A DNA stretch of 64,000 nt. Origin: Macrostomum lignano (Eukaryota). Each line of letters opens with the position of its first letter. Position 1 is the stretch's first letter. The stretch is from NCBI GenBank assembly GCA_002269645.1, contig NIVC01000553.1, forward strand, positions 601,437 to 665,436, read 5' to 3'. The position numbers and the translations under genes were made by a program. Under the pieces are notes generated by a model. It did no database searches, was not told where the DNA came from, and worked only from the letters and a program-made list of their open reading frames with translations. This document shows positions 9,760 to 21,700 of the stretch, in pieces.

Positions 9760-12700
9760 TCAATTCTCCGTCTTAAGCGAGTGGCGCCGGCTACTCCAAG
9801 GAGTCTGCAGTTTGACCCGGGTGAACCGGTGCAGGAACAGCTCCAGCTGGCGCAATGTCAGCGAATTGTGCAACGTCTCCAGAGGGAAAATCTCCGGTAC
9901 GCAGGGCGCCGTGTCCAGCCGGGACTGGCCGACAGCTTCCAGTTCGTCGTCGTCGGCGTCAACTGCGGTTGGAGTCTCTTCGGACTCTTCCGCGTCCACC
10001 GAGGACAGAGTCTGCAAGTTGCAGCCTTCTATTGACGTTGCCGACGATTGATCCTGGCGACGTCGATCTGATGACGACGAGGGCAAAGGCGACGACTCAG
10101 ATTGAATCGACGGAGACAGCTGCGCGTCGGGCGTGAGCAGGTCGGCGGAGCTGGACCGGACACCGGCTGGGGAGGCGCCGCGGCAGCAGGGGGACCCCTG
10201 GTCGCTTGGCTGCTGCAGCTGGGGGTCCGACAGGCCAGACCGAATCAGGTTAGTGGAGAACAGGTGCAGGGCGAGCGGCTGCGCTGTAAGAGGAATCAGA
10301 AATATATTCTTTGAAATTTTAACTGATTGAATTCCATCGCTTCCAGTTCTTTAGGAAGACAGACACAACACTTCCCCGGGAAGAAACACAGCTTCCCCAG
10401 GAAGACACACCACTTCCCAAAGAAGACACACGAATTCCCGAGGAGGATACACCACTTCCCCGGGAAGACACACCACTTCCCCAGGAAGACACACCACTTC
10501 CCAAGGAAGACACGCCACTTCCCCAGGAAGACACACCACTTCCCCAGGAAGACACACCACTTCCCCAGGAAGACACGCCACTTCCCCGGGAAGACACGCC
10601 ATTTCCCCAGGAAGACACACCACTTCCCAAGGAAGACACGCCACTTCCCCAGGAAGACAAACCACTTCCCCGGGAAGACACACCACTTCCCCAGGAAGAC
10701 ACACCACTTCGCGAGGAAGACACACCACTTCGCAAGGAAGACAAACCACTTCCCAAGGAAGACACGCCACTTCCCCAGGAAGACACACCACTTCCCCGGG
10801 AAGACACACCACTTCCCCAGGAAGACACACCACTTCCCCAGGAAGACACACCACTTCCCAAGGAAGACACGCCACTTCCCCAGGAAGACACACCACTTCC
10901 CCAGGAAGACACGCCACTTCCCCGGGAAGACACGCCATTTCCCCAGGAAGACACACCACTTCCCAAGGAAGACACGCCACTTCCCCAGGAAGACACGCCA
11001 CTTCCCCAGGAAGACACACCACTTCCCAAGGAAGACACGCCACTTCCCCAGGAAGACACACCACTTCCCCAGGAAGACACGCCACTTCCCCGGGAAGACA
11101 CGCCATTTCCCCAGGAAGACACACCACTTCCCCAGGAAGACACACCACTTCGCGAGGAAGACACACCACTTCGCAAGGAAGACACACCACTTCCCCGGGA
11201 AGACACACCACTTCCCCGGGAAGACACACCACTTCCCAAGGAAGACACGCCACTTCCCCAGGAAGACAAACCACTTCCCCGGGAAGACACACCACTTTCC
11301 GAAGAAGACACACCACTTCCCAAGGAAGACACGCCACTTCCCCAGGAAGACACACCACTTCCCTGGGAAGACACACCACTTCCCAAGGAAGACACACCGC
11401 TTTCTGAGATAGACACAGCACGCGATAAAATGACACTGCTTCATCAGCACAGAAATCCGACAATATCCCCGCAAGCGCCCACATGTTCCTCACCCGGCAT
11501 GAGGCCCTTGAAATTAACGCAGCCGAAAACTCTGCGAAAGTCCTGCGAACCGTGATAAGTGTCGTACGAGCCGGGGGCAAAAGAGGTCACGTCCAGAAAG
11601 TCTGCACCTTCAGACGGCGTCTCCCGACCGCTGCGATGGTCCGGTGCGGAAGCTTCCGACCAGGAATTCTGCCTGGGCCGGTTGGCCGGGTCTGAATCGC
11701 CTGCGGTTTTGGCGCGTTGCACTTCTGTTTAGACTAGCATTGATCTAATGGCAGTCTAGCAGATCTAATGGCAGTCTAGCAGATCTAATGGCAGTCTAGC
11801 AGATCTAATGGCAGTCTAACAGATCTAATGACAGTCTAACAGATCTAATGACAGTCTAGCAGATCTAATGACAGTCTAACAGATCTAATGGCAGTCTAAC
11901 AGATCTAATAACAGTCTAACAGATCTAATGGCAGTCTAACAGATCTAATGGCAGTCTAACAGATCTAATGGCAGTCTAACAGATCTAATGGCAGTCTAAC
12001 GCTTAACTCACCAGATGACTTTACGCCTCCTTTGGCTCCTTGGCCGCGCCTCCTGCCCGACAGTTGCCTGTCCCGGGAGATGTGCCTCAGCGGACTCGCT
12101 TGGTTGCTGCTGCCGCCATTACTGACGGAGTCGCCGCTGACCTGACCGCCACCTTCGTCCGAGACTACAACCAACGTAGCCATATTCGACGCCAGCTTCT
12201 GCTCGCCCACAGAAGAAGCGGCTGATGACGAGGAAGCTGGAAGCGACATCTCGAAGCGGCCCACCTGCTGCGGAGCCGCCGCCGAGGTCGCTGATGACTT
12301 CGAAGGTGTTGTGGCCGCGGATGGAAACTCGGCGAATGTGGTGCTGCGAGGCGTGGAGCACACGCTGTGGTCTGTGTCCGACTCGCTGGGCCCCTGCCAG
12401 TGCAGACCGTCGCTTCAGTTAAGCTGATCACTGTGCACTAGTCACTCTGCACTAGTCACTCTGCACTAGTCACTCTGCACTAGTCACTCTGCACTAGTCA
12501 CTCTGCACTAGTCACTCTGCACTAGTCACTCTGCACTAGTCACTCTTCACTAGTCACTCTGCACTAGTCACTCTGCACTAGTCACTCTGCACTAGTCACT
12601 CTGCACTAGTCACTCTGCACTAGTCACTCTGCACTAGTCACTCTTCACTAGTCACTCTGCACTAGTCACTCTGCACTAGTCACTCTGCACTAGTCACTCT

Positions 12701-15700
12701 GCACTAGTCACTCTGCACTAGTCACTCTGCACTAGTCACTCTGCACTAGTCACTCTGCACTAGTCAATCTGCACTAGTCACTCTGCACTAGTCTCTCTGC
12801 ACTAGTCACTGCTCACATTGCCATAAGTGCCGCTCACCTGCGAGTTACCCGAGTTGCCCAGAGTCCTGCCCTGCTGCTGCTGGTTACTCCGCCGTTTCCG
12901 GTCGCCATCGCCGCAGTTTCCGTTGCCAGCTTTCGGCCGAAATCCGCCACCAAATTTGCCGCTGCCGCCCAGGTGAGCTGGCGGAGTCGGCGGCGACTCA
13001 GGCTGATGCTGCTGGTGCAGCGGTTCGGGATTAACCGATCCAGGTGAGAAGTGCAACTCCACATGGAATCGATTCTCGGACCCCAGCTCCTGCTGGGGAT
13101 TCTCATAGATCATGAACACAATCTGAGTGAGGTAGTTGAGCTCCGGCACAGCGTCGCAGTACTGCATTGCCCGTGCCCACTGCGGATCTCGTGCAGGATC
13201 GATCAAGCCGCCAAAGCGGAGCACGGTGAGCAGGGAGTGAATATGTGACTCCGACGTGAAGTACAGCCTGGTGCGGACGAAGCGCTCGGGCGAGGACACA
13301 TCAAGAGAGTAGCTGGAAATTGGAGCAGGAAGCGGGCGGTTCGCTAGCGAATTCAGACGACAGCTGACCAGCTCTGACCACTAGGCCTGCACACGCTCAC
13401 ACGGGGTGTACAGCAAGCCCTGAATTTCATTTTCAGACTGTGTACACAGGCGAAATGTGATTTTCCTTAAGTAGGTTCAAAAACAGTAAACAAGACATCA
13501 AAATATCTCGATGTGTAAAAATGGTTGATATTTGCAACGAAGCTACTTTCAATTCAGTAGTATTATTATCATGCCGCATTTTATTTTCAATTTAACTACT
13601 CGTCAGCTTGTCAACCCACCACTAACCTCGCAAACTACGATTGACTGCCAAACTAATCCCTAAACCCTAACATGCAGCCTAACCCCGATCTAAATCCTTA
13701 ACCCCAACCTACAACCTAAACTGTAACCTACAACCTAAACCCTAACATAAAACCTAAACCCTAAGCTACAACCTAAACTGTAACCTACAACCTAGCACCT
13801 AACCTACAACCTAAACTGTAACCTACAACCTAAACTGTAACCTACAACCTAGCACCTAACCTACAACCTAAACTGTAACCTACAACCTAGCACCTAACCT
13901 ACAACCTAAACTGTAACCTACAACCTAAAATCTGACCTACAACCTAAACTGTAACCTACAACCTAGCACCTAACCTACAACCTAAACTGTAACCTACAAC
14001 CTAGCACCTAACCTACAACCTAAACTGTAACCTACAACCTAAAATCTGACCTACAACCTAAACCCTAACCTACAATCTAAACTCTAACCTACAACCTAAA
14101 ATCTGACCTACAACCTAAACCCTAACCTAAATCCTAAACCTAACCTACAACCTAAACCCTAACCTACAATCTAAACTCTAAGCTACAACCAAAACCCTAA
14201 CCTACAACCTAAACCCTAACCTACAACCTAAACTCTAACCCTAACCCTAACCTGAATCGTTGAAGAAAATTATGAACTAACAGAGCAAAGCAGGGGAACG
14301 GACTGACATAACGTATAAAAGTACAAAACCTTACTATTGATAAAATATCAACGATTAAAAAGTGCAAATTGCTACCTTATATTGGCAATGTTAATTCAAA
14401 CTCTCAATAGTCACTGCATTATGTTTCGATATTCTTGGAGCAAATCTAGCAGTAGAGTTTCTATTTTTTAATTACTAGTTTAGAGAAAAATGCGATGCGT
14501 GCATATCGCTAAATTATCTACTTATAGTAGGATGATGTAGGGATAAAATCAACATTTCAACATTGCTTCAACTTTGGACTGCTATTATCGTTGGGTAGCA
14601 ACTATAACACGCACAGCAGACAGGTGTTGCACGAGGCTTCACAATCAAAGCAACAGAGGTCAACAAAACAATTTTTGGCTGCATATTTTCTCGCTTGCAG
14701 CCTTGCAGTATTTTTTCTTGTTTGCATTAATATCGAAACCTGTCAATCAACATCGAAACCTGTCAATCAACATCGACACCTTTCAATCAACATCGAAACC
14801 TGTCAATCAACATCGAAACCTGTCAATCAACATCGAAACCTGTCAATCAACATCGACACCTGTCAATCAAAATCGACACCTGTCAATCAACACCGACACC
14901 TGTCAATCAACATCGAAACCTGTCAATCAACATCGACACCTGTCAATCAACATCGAAACCTGTCAATCAACATCGACATCTATCAATCAACATCGGCACC
15001 TTCTAATCAGTATCGACACCTTCCAAGCAGCATCGACACCTTCCAATCAACCCCGACACCTTCCAATCAACCCCGACACCTTCCAATCAACATCGACACC
15101 TTCCAACCAACATCGACACCTGAAAATCAACCTCGACACCTTCCAAGTAGCATCGACACCTTCCAACCAACATCGAAACCTGTAAATCAACATCGACACC
15201 TTCCAATCAACATCGACACCTTCCAATCAACCTCTACACCTTCCAAGTAGCATCGACACCTTCCAATCAACATCGACACCTTCCAAGCAACATCGACACC
15301 CGCCAATCAACACAAAAACAGAGCTTTTTCTTGCAGGTGAGCGCTCGCTTTGCAAACTGTTTGCATGCGCGAACTCACGGGAGGAAGTGTGACTCATCAG
15401 GGGTCAGCAGGTCCTGCGACATACTGTAAAGTAGAGAAGGGGCATGATAAGGGAAGGCTTTAATACTTATTCCACTTTTTTCTGATTTATAAGCAGTATT
15501 TTGTAAACTTTTAACCTACAACTGCTCAATACTAGATTTTACTGTAAGCCAAAAAAACGTAAATTTAAATTAACGGGGAAAATGAGCTCAAAATATTGAT
15601 AATAGAATAATCACAAATACAATATACAACCTTGAACATAGAAAGTAAAAACACAAGCCTGAAATTATCCCATTTGGTCTGACGCTGACATTTAACTTTG

Positions 15701-18700
15701 AAGGTTAGATATCAACGTTTGAGGTCAAAGGTCAACATTTGAGGTCAAATGTCAACATTGAGGTCAGAGATCAACGTTTGAAGTCAGAGGTCAGCATTTG
15801 ACGCCAGAGGTCAAAATTTGAGGTCAGAGGTCAACATTTGAGGTCAGAGGTCAACATTTGAGGTCAGAGGTCAACATTTGAGGTCAGAGGTAAACATCTG
15901 AGGTCAGAGGTCAACATTTGAGGTCAGAGGTCAACATGTGAGGTCAGAGGTCAACATTTGAGGTCAGAGGTCAATGTTTAAGGTCAGAGGTCAACATTTG
16001 GGGTCAGAGGTCAATATTTGAGTTTAGTGATCAACATTTAAGGTCAAGAAAGGGGTCAACAGTTGCACTTCAAGACAAGACAAATTTTAGCAACAGACTC
16101 CTTGAAAACCCCGAAAAACTCACGCTGTGTTGAGCCGAGTACTGCAACAGTCGTCAACGTCCAAAATGCTGGTATATTGGGTGTCGGCCAAGATTTTCTT
16201 CAATAGCGGCGTACAGATGCGCTGGGCGATAACCAGCTTCTCTTCCCTGGTGATGCCGTACTCGCTAGGCACAACAATGTCTGCCATGCTCCTGGCCATC
16301 AGGTACAGCCGCCAGGCCTCGTCCAGATCCAGCAGTACCCGATCGTTGTGCATCAAATCGTATTTGATATTATCGTAGATATCTGGCACTTTGGAGAACA
16401 CGAACTGCCCGCTGTTGTTGCCTGATCGGAAGTCTTTGACCAGCTTGCGCCAACGCTGCAAGGCCATGCCCCAGGTCTCGTCATGATAGAGCTGGAACCT
16501 GGCCCAATGAGGGTCCTTGGATCGTTTCTCCAGCCTGTCGCAGATCGCCTGCATGCAGGCGTGCATTTTGCAGCAAACTCTGGCCGGATTGGCAATGCTG
16601 TACATCGCCTGCAGCAGGGAGGCGGTGCGGTCCGGAGCCAGCTGCTTCACGTCCGACTCTGTCCAATTGCGGTCCACTTCTAGAGAGGCCTGGCGGAGTT
16701 CGAGAGGTGGATTTGGGGTGTACAGTTGCTACTGCAAGACTGGCTGGTACACATGGAGGGTGTACAGTTGGTACTGCAAGACTGGCTGGTACACATGGAG
16801 GGTGTAAAGTTGCTACTGCAAGACTGGCTGGTACACAGAGGGTGTACAGTTGCTACTGCAAGACTGGCTGGTACACAGAGGGTGTACAGTTGCTACTGCA
16901 AGACTGGTACACATGGAGGGTGTACAGTTGCTACTGCAAGACTGGCTGGTACACAGAGGGTGTACAGTTGCTACTGCAAGACTGGCTGGTACACAGAGGG
17001 TGTACAGTTGCTACTGCAAGACTGGCTGGTACACAGAGGGTGTACAGTTGCTACTGCAAGACTGGCTGGTACACAGAGGGTGTACAGTTGCTACTGCAAG
17101 ACTGGCTGGTACACAGAGGGTGTACAGTTGCTACTGCAAGACTGGCTGGTACACAGAGGGTGTACAGTTGCTACTGCAAGACTGGTGCAAGAAACACAGT
17201 TAGGAGTACGAGACAACCATCATTATAATTTTAAAGAACGAAAAATGCACCTTTATCTTCTCTTTAACCACGGCCATATACTGAGTAGCGTCATTGTCCG
17301 AATCCAGCAGGCCATTGGTGTGAGCCGACTTCACCATCTGCACCAGGATGGGGGTCAGGGGGCCCTCCAAATCTAGGAAGCCTTTGGCGAACGCGGCCGC
17401 CGTGGTCTGGACCCGACCCTCGTCGCTTGCGTAGATTTTCAAATCGTGCCGGTAGGTGGAGTGAAGCCGGAGCAGTCCGAGGCCGTCTTTCTGCGAGTAA
17501 CTCTCACCGCCTGGGTAGATCACCCTGTGTATGGTGGCACAGTGAGTGATGTACAGCAGACTTAATGAGTGATGTACAGCAGACTTAATGAGTGATGTAC
17601 AGTAGACTTAATGAGTGATGTACAGCAGACTTAATGAGTGATGTACAGCAGAATTAATGAGTGATGTACAGCAGACTTAATGAGTGATGTACAGTAGACT
17701 CAGTGAGTGATGTACGGCAGACCCAGTGATTGATGTACAGTAGGCTCAGTGATGTACAGTGGACACAATAGGTAATGTACAGTAGGCACAGTGGGCGGTG
17801 TACAGGGGTACAGTGATGTACATTAGGCACAATCAGTGATGTACATTAGGCACAATCAGTGATGTACGCTCCTACAGTAGGTAAACTCCATGTTTTAGAG
17901 TAGCTACCTGAACGCTCTGCCCAGCTTCTCCGCCTGCGACCGTCCCTCATCCGTGAGCTCGCCGCCCCATTTGAGCACAAGCAGCAGGTGCCCGGTGTCC
18001 CTAGAGGCCGGTTCAGGCGGATCAGTCATCGACTCGTGACCCTTCTTCGGTGTGAACTTCAATTGAGCCTTCCTGTTGATGCCGCTGAAATGGCCGTACA
18101 TCTCGAGCACCTGTCTGACCTGTTTGAGCTTCAGCCGGTTCTCCTTAATTCCGTGATGATGCGGGTTCTCGGCAATTACTTGGAGCAGCTCGCGAACCAC
18201 ATCGAGCAGTTCCTGCATCACAGTTGGTTTTTTTAATTTGGCCTCAGTGGGAGTCACCCGGTGCCGGTTGAATAGGCTGAAGAACCGACTGTGGAACACC
18301 TCCACTTTCACCTGCAGGAGTCAGTAGTGATTAATGAGTGATAATCGAGAGTAGCGGATCACTAACGCGCCTGAACTTCTTATCAAAGTTCCGTGTGTGT
18401 GTATTGACATGGGTCAGAGTGGACATTGCCACCTCACACCTTTGAAGGGTCCATGCTCCCATTTTGTTAGGCTCTTTTTATACTCTAAAAACAATCAACC
18501 TCCTCCCTATGCTGCCTCACGCTCTTAAAACACCCACCACCCTATTCCACCCAGCCCCTCACGCTCTTAAAAACCCACCACCTACCCCATTCCGCCCGGC
18601 TACCTTACGCTATTAAAACACCCACCACTCCATTCCGCCCAGCCCCACACACTCTTAACTAACCACCCCATTCTGCCCGGCTGCCTCACACTATTACAAC

Positions 18701-21700
18701 ACCGACCACCCCATTCCGCCCGGCTGCCTCACACTCTTAAAACACCCACTACCCCATTCCGCCCGGCTGCCTCACACTCTTAAAACACCCACCACCCCAT
18801 TCCGCCCGAAGACCTCACGCTCTTAAAACAACCACCACCCCATTCTGCCCGACCACTTCAAAACACCCACCTCCCTCCCCTATTCTTTATTATGGCAGGG
18901 CGATGCACATACCTTCTGTTTAGGCGTTCTATCGCCGTGTCTGATAACAGCGATAACGCATCGCAATTCCATAACTGTACCGAAGGTTGTTCTAATCAAC
19001 GGCGGCTTATCCATTTTAGGATAATTGATTGACAAAGACAGTGACGGTGCAATCGCTGACGTAACCATCACGCCAAGCATGAAAGCGCAATCGTCATAAT
19101 ACTTTTTCGAGCTTTTTACAAAACTAAATCCGTTTACATCGCAGACGTACGATACTCCGTTAGCTCTGAGCAGATCGAAGCCGCAAACGTTTTGATTAAA
19201 CGCTTCGACCACCTTCTTGGCGATAATTTTCTCCTTGGCTGACAATATAATTGGATAACGCATCTCTTTGCCCTCTGGATCTCGTTCGACTTTGCCGTCA
19301 AGTGCCGGCGATTTTCGAGCCTCCGCGTGGGCGTAATCCTTGCCGATAGCGTACACCTGGGGTGTGGGGCGTGATGGCGAGTATATCAATCATAAATAAC
19401 CATTTCATGACGCCAAAAACACAACATGCCCGATGAAAACGGTACCTAGCCTAAGAAGCGTCCCAGAGTCACTTACGTCGGCCCAGAGTCGTTGAATGTA
19501 ACACAGGCAAAATAGGAAAGAAGTGACTTTAAACGACTCTAAAACGACGAGATTTCACGGTAAATTTCGTCAAAAAAGTCGTCAATTCAAAGCGTTTTAT
19601 TGTCCGTGACTCTAAAACTACTCTGGGCGACGCAAGTGACTCAGGGGCCTTGTATAACTTGACTCTGGGGCCGTAGAGTCGTATCTGAGGCGCGCTAGAG
19701 TCGCTGTAGAATCAATGAGCTGCGTCTGAACCACATTAGCGTCACTTTATCAATCAAAATTGAATTTCGCATTTATAAAAACTTTATTTAGTCTACTTGA
19801 GTTGATAGAAAGATAGATACCTACGAGTATATGGATGTCACGGTAACGTTTTCAATGGGATGTTGCTTCCTAGAGTCATGGCATCTTACATTTTTAATAA
19901 GACACTCGAAAAAGTGGCTCAAAGATATTGCATTATTTACAAACTCCATCCACTTCTATTGGTTGGCAATAGAGCATTGAATACTGTTCCTAGCTGGGGT
20001 GAAAACAAAATTCCTGTGTGCCAGATAAGATTAATTTAAACCCGAAAGCAGGACCGTTTATCAGATAATTAACTCTTACTTCAATTAGGTAGGGTTGTTA
20101 GGTAGGCATTTATAGGACATAGGTGTAGGATAGATTGTAGGAAGGTTAAAAAGTATAAGAACTTCAGATGGGTAAGCAGGTAAGTAGCCATTGTAGGGTT
20201 GAGCAGACATCCGAGTAATATCCCATTGGAACTAACCTTCACATCGGTGCCATCCGTAGCCATGAAGTCCTCGTACACGTAGCTGCCGTGGTTGCGCACC
20301 CGGCTGTCGCTGTGGTAGGTGCTGCTTCTGTCGCCAATCTTGCGAAACAGACGAACTGAACCGCCTCCAGCTGAGCTGGGAAAATAAATATGAATATTGT
20401 GATTCTCAGCGTCCAGCGGCTTCTCAACAAACGGCTTCTGAAAGGCGACGCCATTCACCGAGATGCTGTCGTCCTGTTCAACTAAGCCGGGGCTTGAGCT
20501 CTCGGATTCTGCTGACCAATTGTAAACAGCGTGTCGAACTACCGGTATGTCGCGCTCTTGCAGCACTCGGTAAACTTTCTGACGGTCCATTAGAATATAT
20601 TGGGAGCGCAGATCGTTAACCAGATAGGGCTTGTGCAAATCGGCGTACCTGGGATAATTAGCGAAGTTCTAGGGTAAGAGAGTGATGTGGTGGGTTCTAG
20701 GGTAAGGGAGAGGTGGCGGGTTCTAGGGTAAGGGAGTGGGGTGGTGGGTTCTAGGGTAAGGGAGTGAGGTAGTGGGTTCTAGGGTAAGCGAGTGAGGTAG
20801 TGGGTTCTAGGGTAAGGGAGTCAGGTGGTGGGTTCTAGGGTAAGCGAGTTAGGTAGTGGGTTCTAGGGTAAGCGAGTGAGGTAGTGGGTTCTAGGGTAAG
20901 GGAGTCAGGTGGTGGGTTCTAGGGTAAGGGAGTGAGGTAGTGGGTTCTAGGGTAAGCGAGTGAGGTAGTGGGTTCTAGGGTAAGGGAGTCAGGTGGTGGG
21001 TTCTAGGGTAAGCGAGTTAGGTAGTGGGTTCTAGGGTAAGGGAGTGAGGTGGCGGGTTTTAGGGTAAGCGAGTGAGGTAGTGGGTTCTAGGGTAAGGGAG
21101 TCAGGTGGTGGGTTCTAGGGTAAGCGAGTTAGGTAGTGGGTTCTAGGGTAAGGGAGTGAGGTGGCGGGTTTTAGGGTAAGCGAGTGAGGTAGTGGGTTCT
21201 AGGGTAAGGGAGTCAGGTGGTGGGTTCTAGGGTAAGAAGGGAGTGAGGTGGTGGTTTTTAGGGTAAGCGAGTGAGGTAGTGGGTTCTAGGGTAAGGGAGT
21301 CAGGTGGTGGGTTCTAGGGTAAGAAGGGAGTGAGGTGGTGGTTTTTAGGGTAAGCGAGTGAGGTAGTGGGTTCTAGGGTAAGGGAGTCAGATGGTGGGTT
21401 CTAGGGTAAGGGAGTGAGGTGGCGGGTTTTAGGGTAAGCGAGTGAGGTAGTGGGTTCTAGGGTAAGGGAGTCAGGTGGTGGGTTCTAGGGTAAGCGAGTG
21501 AGGTAGTGGGTTCTAGGGTAAGGGAGTGAGGTGGTGATTTTTAGGGTAAGGGAGTGAGGTGGCGAGTTCTAGCGTAAGGGAGTGAGGTAGTGGGTTCTAC
21601 TTCTAGGGTAAGGAAGTGAGGTGGTGGGTTCCAGGAAATCAAAGAAATCGAAATTAGTAAAACAACAGCTATCTAACCTGATAGCTTTATCCAACGGAAA

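Noticed and set aside
10296-11580. 360-410-aa ORFs in four frames (HFPRKT, GKWCVF, SSWGSG, VVCLPG repeats)
   Set aside because: 21-bp minisatellite inside a PPIP5K intron; the unit is a multiple of 3.
13655-14255. Chromosome end or fusion site
   Set aside because: Repeats are degenerate, in a single orientation and inside an intron of an intact gene; there is no head-to-head TTAGGG/CCCTAA junction.
16715-17185. CRISPR-like array (40-bp repeats; also the 23-, 28- and 30-bp arrays elsewhere)
   Set aside because: Head-to-tail repeats without unique spacers, no cas genes, eukaryotic intronic context.
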